Positions 9,796 to 18,991 of a stretch of DNA of 64,000 nucleotides are shown here, piece by piece. This DNA is from Turneriella sp. (GTDB lineage Bacteria; Spirochaetota; Leptospiria; Turneriellales; Turneriellaceae). Both the position numbers and the translations under genes were made by a program. The notes under the pieces were generated by a model. It did no database searches and had not been told where the DNA came from. It saw only the letters and a program-made list of their open reading frames with translations. Location: contig CBDIID010000003.1 in assembly GCA_965279515.1 (NCBI GenBank), forward strand, positions 2,368,001-2,432,000, read 5' to 3'. The first letter of the stretch is position 1, and each line of letters starts with the position of its first letter.

Positions 9796-11104
9796 ACAAT
9801 CTCAAAAGGATTTTCTCACAGCCCTGCGCCTGCGCGCAGAAGAGATCGCCTTCAAGAACAAGGAAACGATCGAAAATGAATATTCGGTTCTGCCGCGCGA
9901 ACAGGTAATTCCCCTGATTCATGAATTGCATGTACATCAGCTCGAACTGCAAATGCAGAACGATGAGCTCAGAAAAACCCAGGAAGAACTTGAACTTTCA
10001 CGTGCGAAATACTTTGATCTCTATGACCGCGCCCCCGTGGCGTATTGCACTCTCGATAAAAACGGACGGTTTCTCGAGGCCAATCTCGCGGCATCCGAAC
10101 TGCTCGACCTGCCGCCCACAGCATTGATCCAGCAGCCTTTTGAGCGCTTTGTGATGCGTGAGTTCCAGGATACCTGGTATTTACTCCGCAAGAGACTGCA
10201 GGCGGCAGAAACGGCAAGAATGGCCGGTGTGGAGAGGCATGAAATTGTTGAGTTGCAGATGGTTGGGCAAACCGGCAAAAACGTCTGGGTGCGCCTGAAT
10301 GCGAAGGTTTCGGCGGAAACAGACACGCGGATCTTAATCCGCATCATCCTGTACGATATCTCCATGGTTAAACAAGCCGAGACCGAGAATGCGCTGTCTG
10401 AGAAACTGAACCATGAAAATCAGAAGCTTGAAGCGCTGGGCGCCCTGGCGGCGGGGGTCGCGCACGATTTTAACAATCTGCTGATGGGCCTCTACGGGAA
10501 CATCGAACTCGCCCAGACAGGTTTGAGCAACGGCACTGCGGCCGAATATCTCAGTGACGCAATGATATCGCTCGAAACCGCGCGTGACCTGACGCGGCAA
10601 CTGCTGACATTTGCGAAGGGCGGTGGTCCCAACCTGAAACCCGATCGCCTTTTTCCTTTTATTCGCGAGAGTGCGGAGCACCTGCTAAAAAATTCCAAGG
10701 TTATTTGCGACTTTGATTTTCCCGACGACAATTCGCTGATTTATTTCGATGCGACCCAGATACGCCAGGTACTGCAGCATCTGATTCAGAACGCCGTCGA
10801 GGCAATGCCCCGGGGCGGCAATCTCAGGCTTGTGGCAAAAACCATCTCATTAGCTGAGCATGAAAGGGCAAATCTACCTGCGGGAAAATATGCCCTGTTT
10901 TCCCTCAGCGATTCAGGCCCCGGGGTCGCATCCCCCTTACTGCAACGGATCTTTGAGCCTTTTTTTACTCTCAAAGACCAGCACCACGGCCTCGGACTGA
11001 CCATCTGCCACTCGATATTGAAACGGCATGGCGGGGCCATTGAAGCCGAATCCTCTGCCGGTAAAGGAACGACATTTCATTTTTTGCTGTCAGTCAATCG
11101 GTAA
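9785..11104 (+). CDS. PAS-domain sensor histidine kinase, no receiver domain
   Basis: ELHVHQLELQMQNDEL coil, PAS, H-box GVAHDFNNLL, N-box, DSGPG, FEPFFT, GLGL; overlaps the upstream gene. Confidence 0.93.
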   Translation: METKQSQKDFLTALRLRAEEIAFKNKETIENEYSVLPREQVIPLIHELHVHQLELQMQNDELRKTQEELELSRAKYFDLYDRAPVAYCTLDKNGRFLEANLAASELLDLPPTALIQQPFERFVMREFQDTWYLLRKRLQAAETARMAGVERHEIVELQMVGQTGKNVWVRLNAKVSAETDTRILIRIILYDISMVKQAETENALSEKLNHENQKLEALGALAAGVAHDFNNLLMGLYGNIELAQTGLSNGTAAEYLSDAMISLETARDLTRQLLTFAKGGGPNLKPDRLFPFIRESAEHLLKNSKVICDFDFPDDNSLIYFDATQIRQVLQHLIQNAVEAMPRGGNLRLVAKTISLAEHERANLPAGKYALFSLSDSGPGVASPLLQRIFEPFFTLKDQHHGLGLTICHSILKRHGGAIEAESSAGKGTTFHFLLSVNR

Positions 11105-11123
11105 CCGAACCGGGGTTGGGGAA

Positions 11124-14100
11124 TTAAACCGTTTGCGCAGAAGTCGGCGCAGCTTCCATGACGCCACCGACTTTGAAAAGCGCGTATTTTTCCGCACCTA
11201 AAAGCTGCCCGACATCTTTCAGCAGCAACTTATCGTAACGCACACAGAAGCTCGAATGCGCCTTGATCGACTGCAGGGGCCCGTTTTCAACTTCGCGCCA
11301 GTAAAGAAATACCGGGTTATTGCCTGAATATTTCCGCAGCGTGGTTTTCACGCGGCCGATCATGTTCTGCAGATCTTCGGCAGTTTTGACATTGAGGTAG
11401 AGGTGTAGCGATTTTTCTACCCGATCAGAAAACTTCTCTTCCGGAACGATGCCCCCGAGAGCATAATTCATCGTCGTCACTTCTTCTTCGCGGAAAGCCT
11501 GCACGCGGATATCGAAAATCGCGCAGGTATTTTCCTTAATTTGCGCCTTCACCTGCTCGAACATGTTCTGGAAAATACGCACTTCGATCTGGCCCGTCCT
11601 GTCGGCAATTTTCAGCAGGTAGAACGCCCCCCGCCGCGAAGTCACCGTGCGCAGCGTGTCGATCACCGCCAGTACCGAGAGCCGACGTTCTTTCGAGACA
11701 CCGTCGTCGAGATCGGCGATCTTGACGAGTTTCATATGTTCGGCCATCTCATCGAAGCGGTCGAGCGGGTGGGATGTCAGGTAGAGCCCCAGCGTCTGTT
11801 TCTCTTTGAGTAATTTTTCCTCTTCGGAAAATTCTTTTGCCGTGGGTATCTGCAGCCGCGCGGTTTCGATGTCGGTGCCGCCGAACAGCGATGTCTGGCC
11901 CGAAGAGCGGTCGAGGTGCGCGGCCGCCGAAAATTTTAAGATCTCATCTGCGGCCTGCACGATCGCCGCGCGCGGGTATCCCAGAGAATCGGTGGCGCCG
12001 GCAAAGGTCAGCGCGTCGAGCATGCGGCGGTTGAGCGTCTTGGTATCGAGCGATTCGGCGAAGTCCGCGAGGGTGTTAAAACGGCCGCCTAACTGTGCGC
12101 GTGCCTCGACGATCGCTTTCGCCGGCGCTTCGCCCAGGCCCTTGATAGCGAGCAGACCAAAGCGCAGGCGATTATCGTCGAGGATAGTAAAGTAGACATC
12201 CGACTCGTTGACATCGGGCGGCAAGACGCTGATGCCGAGTTCTTTCGCATGGTTAATGTAGCCGATGATCTTGTCGGTGTCGCCGATATCGGCGTCCATC
12301 GACGCCTTGAGAAATTCAATGGTATAGTTGACCTTGAGGTAGGCAGTCTGGTAGGTGATGAGGCCGTACGCGGCGGAGTGCGATTTGTTAAAGCCGTATT
12401 TTGCGAATTCGGCCATGTTATCGAACAGGTCGTTGGCCCATTTATCGGAAAACTTTTTCTCTTTCGCCCCATCGACGAACTTGGCCTTCATCTTCGCCAT
12501 CTCTTCGGCGTTCTTTTTACCCATCGCCTTCCGAAGCGTATCCGCTTCAGATAGCGTGAAGCCGCCGATAATCTGCGACGCGAGCATGATCTGCTCTTGG
12601 TAGACGAAGGTACCATAGGTATCTTTCAGAATCGGCTCGAGGGAGATGTGCGGGTATTCAACCTTCATCTCGCCGTTCTTGCGCTTCACATAACTTTCGG
12701 TCATACCCGATTCAAGCGGACCAGGGCGGTAGAGCGCGATGATAGCAACAATGTCTTCGAACGCACGCGGTTTCGCCTGCATCAGCAGTTTTGTGATGCC
12801 GGTAGATTCGACCTGAAATACGCCCCGCGTTTTGCCCTGCGATAACAGCTGGTAGGTCTTCAAATCGTCGAGCGGCAGGCGCGAGATATCGAGTTCAGTG
12901 CCATGCCGGCGTTTGATCTCTTCGACGCAGTGCTGAATGACCGTGAGGTTCTTGAGACCCAGAAAGTCCATCTTGACGAGGCCGACCTTCGGCAACAGCG
13001 TCATATCATACTGCGTCACGATTGAATCGGTCTTCGAATCTTTCGCCAGAGGTACAATTTCATCGAGCGGCTGCGGCGCAATCACGACACCGGCGGCATG
13101 TTTACCCGAGTTACGCGGCATGCCTTCAAGCGTCTGCGCGATGGCATAGAGCTGGCGCTCTTTGTCGCCCTGCTCAAAATATTTTTTGATCTCGGGCGTC
13201 GCGGCTACGGCGTCGGCAAGCGAAATACCCGGCGTGTCGGGTAGGTTTTTCGAGAGCTGGTTGATAATCTGGTAGTCGACGCCCAGCACGCGCGCCACAT
13301 CTTTGATAACGGCTTTCGCCGAAAGCGTACCGAATGTGATGATCTGCGAAACGTGGTCGGCGCCATACTTGTCGACGACATAACGAATCACTTCTTCACG
13401 GCGGTCGCGGCAGAAGTCGACGTCGATATCGGGCATCTCTTTGCGCGAGGGGTTAAGAAAACGCTCAAAGAGCAGGTCGTATTTGAGGGGATCTAAATCG
13501 GTGATACCGAGCGAATACGCCACCAGCGAACCCACCGCTGAACCCCGGCCCGGGCCGACGGGAATATTCTGCCGCTTCGCATAGTTGATGAAATCGGCGA
13601 CGATGAGAAAGTAGCCCTCGAAGCCCATATTCTTGATGACATCGAGCTCATACTGCAGGCGCTCGCGGTGCTTGGCCGACACATTGCCGTCAAAGCGCCG
13701 CGACAGGCCTGCAACGGTTTCGGCGACCAGGTAGTCGCCCAGCGACATGCCCGGGGGAACTTTGAAATCCGGCAACAATGGCGCGCCGAACTCAAAATCG
13801 AAATTGCACATATCGGCAATCTCGATTGTATTGTAAAATGCCTGCGGCAGTTCGGGGAAAAGCCCGAACATTTCCTGCGGTGATTTGACGTAAAACTCGT
13901 CGTTAAAACCAAACTCGAGCGGGTCGGTGATCTTCTTGTTCATCTGGATGCGTAGCATCGCATCCTGGGCTTTCTGGTCTTTGCGCGTAAGGAAGTGCGA
14001 GTCGTTGGTCAAGACGAGCGGAATATTCAGCGCCTTCGAGATATCCGCCGCGCCGCGCGCAACTTCTATCTGTTCCGGAATGCCGTGGTTCTGCACTTCG

Positions 14101-14657
14101 AGGAAAAAATTTCCCTGGCCGAACATTTCATTCAGGCGCCCCGAAAGCTCTTTCGCCTTGACCATGTCTTGCCGGTAAATGAGGCGATTGACTTCGCCGG
14201 CGAGGCATGCCGTGAGCCCCACCAAACCCTCCGCATGCTGCGACAGCAGTTCATAGTCGATGCGCGGTTTGTAGTAGAGGCCTTCGGTATACGCCTTCGA
14301 CGCGAGCTTGATCAGGTTCTTATAACCGACCTTATTCTTCGCAAGCAGAATGAGGTGGTAGGCACGGCCATCGACCAAATCTTCCTGGTTACGTTTTTCA
14401 AAACGGCTGCCGGGGGCGACATAGGCCTCGTAGCCGATGATGGGCTTCACGCCCTCTTTTTTCGCAGCCTCGTAGAACTCGATCGCGCCGAACATGTTGC
14501 CATGGTCGGTGACCGCCACGGACTTCATGCCGAGCTCTTTGACTTTTTTAACGAGGTCGGTGGGTCGAATCGCACCGTCCAAAAGCGAGTACGTCGAATG
14601 CAAATGCAGGTGCGCAAAATCATGCGCGGCGGGGGATGTATTTACAGTTTCGGCCAT
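11124..14657 (-). CDS. dnaE: DNA polymerase III alpha subunit
   Basis: PHP domain HLHLHSTYSLLDG; GPGRGSAVGSLV, MPDIDVDF, YGFNKSH; no intein evident. Confidence 0.98.
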   Translation of the reverse strand: MAETVNTSPAAHDFAHLHLHSTYSLLDGAIRPTDLVKKVKELGMKSVAVTDHGNMFGAIEFYEAAKKEGVKPIIGYEAYVAPGSRFEKRNQEDLVDGRAYHLILLAKNKVGYKNLIKLASKAYTEGLYYKPRIDYELLSQHAEGLVGLTACLAGEVNRLIYRQDMVKAKELSGRLNEMFGQGNFFLEVQNHGIPEQIEVARGAADISKALNIPLVLTNDSHFLTRKDQKAQDAMLRIQMNKKITDPLEFGFNDEFYVKSPQEMFGLFPELPQAFYNTIEIADMCNFDFEFGAPLLPDFKVPPGMSLGDYLVAETVAGLSRRFDGNVSAKHRERLQYELDVIKNMGFEGYFLIVADFINYAKRQNIPVGPGRGSAVGSLVAYSLGITDLDPLKYDLLFERFLNPSRKEMPDIDVDFCRDRREEVIRYVVDKYGADHVSQIITFGTLSAKAVIKDVARVLGVDYQIINQLSKNLPDTPGISLADAVAATPEIKKYFEQGDKERQLYAIAQTLEGMPRNSGKHAAGVVIAPQPLDEIVPLAKDSKTDSIVTQYDMTLLPKVGLVKMDFLGLKNLTVIQHCVEEIKRRHGTELDISRLPLDDLKTYQLLSQGKTRGVFQVESTGITKLLMQAKPRAFEDIVAIIALYRPGPLESGMTESYVKRKNGEMKVEYPHISLEPILKDTYGTFVYQEQIMLASQIIGGFTLSEADTLRKAMGKKNAEEMAKMKAKFVDGAKEKKFSDKWANDLFDNMAEFAKYGFNKSHSAAYGLITYQTAYLKVNYTIEFLKASMDADIGDTDKIIGYINHAKELGISVLPPDVNESDVYFTILDDNRLRFGLLAIKGLGEAPAKAIVEARAQLGGRFNTLADFAESLDTKTLNRRMLDALTFAGATDSLGYPRAAIVQAADEILKFSAAAHLDRSSGQTSLFGGTDIETARLQIPTAKEFSEEEKLLKEKQTLGLYLTSHPLDRFDEMAEHMKLVKIADLDDGVSKERRLSVLAVIDTLRTVTSRRGAFYLLKIADRTGQIEVRIFQNMFEQVKAQIKENTCAIFDIRVQAFREEEVTTMNYALGGIVPEEKFSDRVEKSLHLYLNVKTAEDLQNMIGRVKTTLRKYSGNNPVFLYWREVENGPLQSIKAHSSFCVRYDKLLLKDVGQLLGAEKYALFKVGGVMEAAPTSAQTV

Positions 14658-14868
14658 CTAGAAGTGCGGGTAAAGCCACGGGGTCTCAGAGAAACACCGG
14701 AAGCTGTACGCAAGTTCCCTGATGCGACATAACGTCAGTTAAAAAACGGAAAGGGTGCAGGAAAAGGCAGCGGGGTCGTTAATTATGGGGATTTTAAAGG
14801 AGATTTGATGAGATCGGCCACAGCTACCTAGACTCCAGCCATACCCCATTTCTGATGGAGGCCTTTTA

Positions 14869-15321
14869 TTAGGCGCCATAAACACTGTGGAAAGGATTTA
14901 TCGCCATAAGCTTCCCGTATTTTTGCCCGTGATTTAAGTCTTCCGTCAGTAGATAAGAACAACGGGATTGTTGGGCAGCAGCCAGGACTAAAGAATCCCA
15001 AAAGGACAAGACAAAGCGTTTCTGTATTTGGAAAGCTTCGTCTATGAGCTCTGTACCTACCGGAACAACATTCCAAACATAATAGTCTTTTACAATTTTC
15101 TGCGCCTCATCAATCTCCACTTTATTTCGAACAAGAGTTACATAAAATTCCTGTAGCACTTGCGTGCTAACGGCCGGCAGCGCCGGCTTTCGCCACAGGA
15201 ATTCTAACAAGACACCTGCCCGCGCATACTTCACCGGATTAGCAATATTAACACCATAGAACAAGATATTCGTATCGATAAAGACCTCTCCATTTATTAT
15301 CTCTCGTAAACGGTCATTCAT
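14869..15321 (-). CDS. PIN-domain (VapC-like) toxin
   Basis: FIDTNIL, STQVLQEFY, LSFWDSLV, LLTEDL acidic PIN motifs; ATG 15321 overlaps the antitoxin end. Confidence 0.9.
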   Translation of the reverse strand: MNDRLREIINGEVFIDTNILFYGVNIANPVKYARAGVLLEFLWRKPALPAVSTQVLQEFYVTLVRNKVEIDEAQKIVKDYYVWNVVPVGTELIDEAFQIQKRFVLSFWDSLVLAAAQQSRCSYLLTEDLNHGQKYGKLMAINPFHSVYGA

Positions 15322-15541
15322 AAGCACTTTCCCGGGAAAATTTGTCTTTACTGAGGTTAACTCCTTTTTTGATCACTTTCAGGGCATGTGATCTGGCTTT
15401 ATTTATCTCGAGAGCATTGTGAGAACTTTTCTCGATTAGTTCCGTTACCCATTTGGAAAGTGATTTGCCTTGCTCAACGGCAATATGTTTCCCTCTCTTC
15501 AATGTATTCTCATCTATTCTCAGGGTAATATTCTTGAGCAT
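15314..15541 (-). CDS. Ribbon-helix-helix antitoxin (VapB/CopG-like)
   Basis: KNITLRIDE...AVEQGKSLSKWV RHH pattern; 75 aa directly upstream of the PIN gene. Confidence 0.82.
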   Translation of the reverse strand: MLKNITLRIDENTLKRGKHIAVEQGKSLSKWVTELIEKSSHNALEINKARSHALKVIKKGVNLSKDKFSRESAYE

Positions 15542-15752
15542 AGAAGGCTCCTGCTCCCCTAAAATACAATGTCAACAAATTAACACAATAACACAGCTTT
15601 CGCGAGCACGCCAGGAGCGACGGCATCGCAACGGCACAGCTCGTAAGATTTTCCAATGCCGTCCTACTCTTTTCTTAACGGCAATTATATTTTCATAAAA
15701 TATTGCTATGAAGCTTGATAAAACAAATGGGAGCTTTTTCCCCGTCTATCAA

Positions 15753-16160
15753 CTACTTCACAAACCTTCTATCCGCCCCGTCGAACGGCGGATAAAAATC
15801 GACGTTGAGAATCGAATACCCCTTCCCCACATTCTCCGCCCAATGCAGCGTACCCTTCTCCACCCGCACTGGTTTATCCTTAATCAGCTCAATAACCTTG
15901 TCGCCCAGATGCAACCGGTTCGCCCCCTTGACCAAGGTCACCTCAAAGCTATGTTTGTCATGAAAGTGCGGTTTCTCCGCGCCATTCATCAGAATGATGT
16001 GCGAGCTCTTCATGGCGTCGCGGTAAAGTTCCTTTAAAACCAGCGGGGATTTTTTTTCCTCATCGGAGAAAAAATTATCCGGGGTTTTCGAACAGCTTGC
16101 GAACAACAGGGCAAACGATAGCAAACTAAGCCAAACATAGAACCTTCCTGACATAATCAA
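15753..16160 (-). CDS. Cupin-domain lipoprotein
   Basis: LFASC lipobox; PHFHDKHSFE and GTLHW cupin His motifs. Confidence 0.75.
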   Translation of the reverse strand: MIMSGRFYVWLSLLSFALLFASCSKTPDNFFSDEEKKSPLVLKELYRDAMKSSHIILMNGAEKPHFHDKHSFEVTLVKGANRLHLGDKVIELIKDKPVRVEKGTLHWAENVGKGYSILNVDFYPPFDGADRRFVK

Positions 16161-17128
16161 ACCTCTCCTTTTTTGCCGTTACGGCTTTTCTTACCGGTGG
16201 CTATATCCGCTGAAAAATGTTCCACGATCTGGCGGATAAACCCCAGGCGTTCCGCTATCATCAGGAAAACCAGAATCGCCAGACCCGAGAACAACAGCAA
16301 CAGTGCCGCCATGAGATAATAACGGATCGTCCACTCGAGCGCGATCTTAATGCGCCGGAGCAGGTTTGTGAAAAAGCCCGCTTTCACTGCGCCGCGGTTT
16401 TCAACCAGCGTCACACGCACCGTGCAGAATTCATTCTGTTCATCGAACTCGCCCAGTTTCACTCCGAGATTCTGGATCTCCTGTTCGATTTCGAGAATTT
16501 TATTCTCGAGCTCGATGAGCTCCGTCACCTTGCCGCCGCGGCCCTTGAGGGCCTTCAGCGCCGTGCGGTATTTTTCCTGCGAGACGCGCTTCGCGTTCAG
16601 GTTTTTGTATTCATTTGTCTTATCGGATTTGGTAATCTGTATGTCGGTGAGCTCACCGATTTTGCGTACATCTTCGATCAATACATCAAACTTTTCCGGA
16701 TCAACACCGATGCCCAGGCGCAGCACGCGGTGGCCGGCCAAACCCGTCGCCTGCTCGGACTGGATGATAGCCTTGTATTGTTCGACGGTGCCGCGCAGTC
16801 TTTTTTCATCATTCACAAAATCGCGCGAATGCGAAGCCACCGAGCCGACTTTTTCGTATTTTTCCTTATTCTGTATCACCGCGGGGCCTGCGGCTATTTT
16901 CTTTTTCTCGGAAGCGTAGTTTTTCCGCAGATTGTTATCCACAGAATTCTGCTGCGCACCGTCGTTCTGCGCATTGCCGGCAAAAAATCCATTCATGTGG
17001 TTTTGTTCCGCTGCGACGTCAGAGACCGCAAAACCGTAGCCGATGCGCATCAGAAAGAGCGCTCCGAAGGAGATCAGAAAATATTTGAAGATAGGTTTAA
17101 ATTTTTCTTTGATTGATTTTTTTTCCAC
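16157..17128 (-). CDS. DUF4349-like membrane protein
   Basis: N- and C-terminal TM segments; DKTNEY and ELIELENKILEIEQEIQ coiled coil; start uncertain (GTG 17128 chosen). Confidence 0.75.
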   Translation of the reverse strand: MEKKSIKEKFKPIFKYFLISFGALFLMRIGYGFAVSDVAAEQNHMNGFFAGNAQNDGAQQNSVDNNLRKNYASEKKKIAAGPAVIQNKEKYEKVGSVASHSRDFVNDEKRLRGTVEQYKAIIQSEQATGLAGHRVLRLGIGVDPEKFDVLIEDVRKIGELTDIQITKSDKTNEYKNLNAKRVSQEKYRTALKALKGRGGKVTELIELENKILEIEQEIQNLGVKLGEFDEQNEFCTVRVTLVENRGAVKAGFFTNLLRRIKIALEWTIRYYLMAALLLLFSGLAILVFLMIAERLGFIRQIVEHFSADIATGKKSRNGKKGEV

Positions 17129-17175
17129 AGGCGAACGGCAGGCGGACAAGCCTCCGCGTCAAACGAATTCACAAA

Positions 17176-17203
17176 TAAAAAAGCCCGCTGACGCGGGCCT
17201 TTT
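17176..17203 (-). terminator. Rho-independent terminator of the flaA operon
   Basis: Minus strand GCCCGC-GTCA-GCGGGC followed by TTTTTT. Confidence 0.8.
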
Positions 17204-17221
17204 GAAATACCGTCGGGTAGC

Positions 17222-18112
17222 TTACTTGCCACCCTCCGCGTATTTTTTGAGGTTTTTAGCGTATTCACGCGCCTCGTTCTTTTCTTTCTTATCGACATCG
17301 TCAAAGTCTACGTCGGCACCGTCAAAGTGCACATCATACATGTCGGTGAGAACTTTCACCGCGTCGAAGAAGATAACCACTTTTTCTGTGTTGGCTGTCA
17401 GTTTCGAACGCAGCACGAGTTTTGTCAGAACCAGGTTTTTGGTTTGAGGGTAGGTGTCGATATCCTGCGGAACGCCCACGGGCACTTTCGCCGTCAGCGG
17501 GCGCCAGCCGACAAAGTTCACTGAACCCATCTTCAGAACGTGCGTTGAACCTCTCCAGTCCTGAACCCATGCTTCGAGAGTGTAATCGTTGCCGCGGCCC
17601 AGTACCCAGACCGACACAGCCTTGACTTTGCCGGGCAGCTTAAGGCCAGGAATTTCCTGGACTTTGGGCTTGTTGTTGTTGTCGAGCTCGTCGAGCACAC
17701 GGTAAATCTTCTTAGAAGCGGGTGGCGTCAGCGCCACAACGTTATTACCGGGATAGATGAACTTAAAGCGCAGACCAAGGCACTTCTTGTTGGTCTCGTC
17801 ATGCGCGAGGTTCTGCGGGCGGCATGGAGCGTTCGCCGCGCCTTTGATGCCAATTTCAGGAGAATTCCATTTCTCTCCTTTAGGTGGTGTGCCATCGGCC
17901 TCGACGACAGCCGGAATCGCTTCCGGGTCACCGGGCGTGACAACAGCAGTCCAGGCGTCAGCTTCAAAGCCTTCGACCTGAATCGAACGCAACTCAAAAC
18001 CGTCGACGTCGTCGCCGTTCAGAGTCTTGATCGCACTCTTACCCGAAATCGCTGTAAACGAGTACAGCAGCGGAATTACCGCGAGCGTTGTTATTTTTAT
18101 TGCAGTACGCAT
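17222..18112 (-). CDS. flaA1: Flagellar filament sheath protein FlaA1
   Basis: PGKVKAVSVWVLGRGNDYTLEAWVQDWRG, GSVNFVGWRPL; signal peptide; follows flaA2. Confidence 0.9.
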   Translation of the reverse strand: MRTAIKITTLAVIPLLYSFTAISGKSAIKTLNGDDVDGFELRSIQVEGFEADAWTAVVTPGDPEAIPAVVEADGTPPKGEKWNSPEIGIKGAANAPCRPQNLAHDETNKKCLGLRFKFIYPGNNVVALTPPASKKIYRVLDELDNNNKPKVQEIPGLKLPGKVKAVSVWVLGRGNDYTLEAWVQDWRGSTHVLKMGSVNFVGWRPLTAKVPVGVPQDIDTYPQTKNLVLTKLVLRSKLTANTEKVVIFFDAVKVLTDMYDVHFDGADVDFDDVDKKEKNEAREYAKNLKKYAEGGK

Positions 18113-18127
18113 AGATCCTCCGTGATC

Positions 18128-18871
18128 TTACCAGTTATCCTTGATCTTGCTGCCGGGATATTCGCTATCGCTCATATCTGTTTTGACGCGCAGATCATCG
18201 ACATAAAAGAAGAAGTCGCCCCAGGTTTCGTGCGGATCGCACTCGACATAGAGTGAAACAAAGTGCAGGTTTTTATCGAGCAGCGCATGGCGTGTGCTCT
18301 GTGGCAGCCAACCCGGCACCGTTACGGTGTGCTTGCGCCAGCCGAAGTAGTCGAGCTTGCCGAGTTTCAGCTTGTGCAGGTTGCCGCGGTAGTCGCGCAG
18401 TTTGATAAAGAGCGTGTGGCGGAAGTTACGACCCAGCACCCAAACAGAGAACTGGCGGCCCAAACCTTTGATGAGGTATTCATGCGGGGGCTTGATTTCG
18501 ACGCGGTCAAAACCCTTTTCTTTAAAGAAGGTTTTTACGCCGAGCACATTGTTCGCCGTCTTCGGGTCTTTGAGACCGTCTTTGAAGCGGGTTTTTTCTT
18601 CCTCGGAAAGTTCCTTGGGATTAAAAACGTCTTCGATCGGCCCTAACTGAATCGTCTTTCTGACCTTCGTGATACCGAGGGGCGTCGTCGAGAAGGCGCG
18701 CCAGTCTTCCGAAGATTCGAAATCGTTCAGGAGCACGTCCTGTACGTCTGCTTTTTTGTTGCCTTTAACATTAGAAGCATCCTGCGCAACCAAAGTTGCA
18801 CCAATGAATGCCGTTGCCAGCGCCGTTACTAGCAGTACCTTTTTACCGCTGCCTTCCATAAATTCCCCCAT
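18128..18871 (-). CDS. flaA2: Flagellar filament sheath protein FlaA2
   Basis: FESSEDWRA.STTPLG, SVWVLGRNFRHTL, LDYFGWRK, YPGSKIKDNW as in Leptospira FlaA2; alternative start 18859. Confidence 0.93.
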   Translation of the reverse strand: MGEFMEGSGKKVLLVTALATAFIGATLVAQDASNVKGNKKADVQDVLLNDFESSEDWRAFSTTPLGITKVRKTIQLGPIEDVFNPKELSEEEKTRFKDGLKDPKTANNVLGVKTFFKEKGFDRVEIKPPHEYLIKGLGRQFSVWVLGRNFRHTLFIKLRDYRGNLHKLKLGKLDYFGWRKHTVTVPGWLPQSTRHALLDKNLHFVSLYVECDPHETWGDFFFYVDDLRVKTDMSDSEYPGSKIKDNW

Positions 18872-18928
18872 ATCCTTGCCTACAGAGCTTGCATAGTACG
18901 CCCTGAAAAGCCTTTTATACTGTAACTA

Positions 18929-18955
18929 ATATCGGTAGTGGGGATGCATTACTTA
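18929..18955 (-). promoter_or_regulatory. Sigma28 (FliA)-type promoter upstream of flaA2
   Basis: Minus strand TAAG-N15-ACCGATAT versus consensus TAAA-N15-GCCGATAA. Confidence 0.6.
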
Positions 18956-18991
18956 AATTGTTTCCACCCCTTCGGGGTGAAAACGATGAAT

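Noticed and set aside
11124..14657. Intein or split in dnaE
   Set aside because: The ORF is continuous at a normal 1177 aa, with no intein motifs seen.
14660..14865. Possible c-di-GMP-I riboswitch (AAAGCCACGGGGTCT), SRP RNA (CAGG...GCAGC) or tmRNA start (GGGGAT) upstream of dnaE
   Set aside because: Only fragments match. There is no GGCAAA/GAAA P2 stem, no GGAA-loop SRP helix and no TTCGA arm or CCA end, and the riboswitch-like part is antisense to dnaE.
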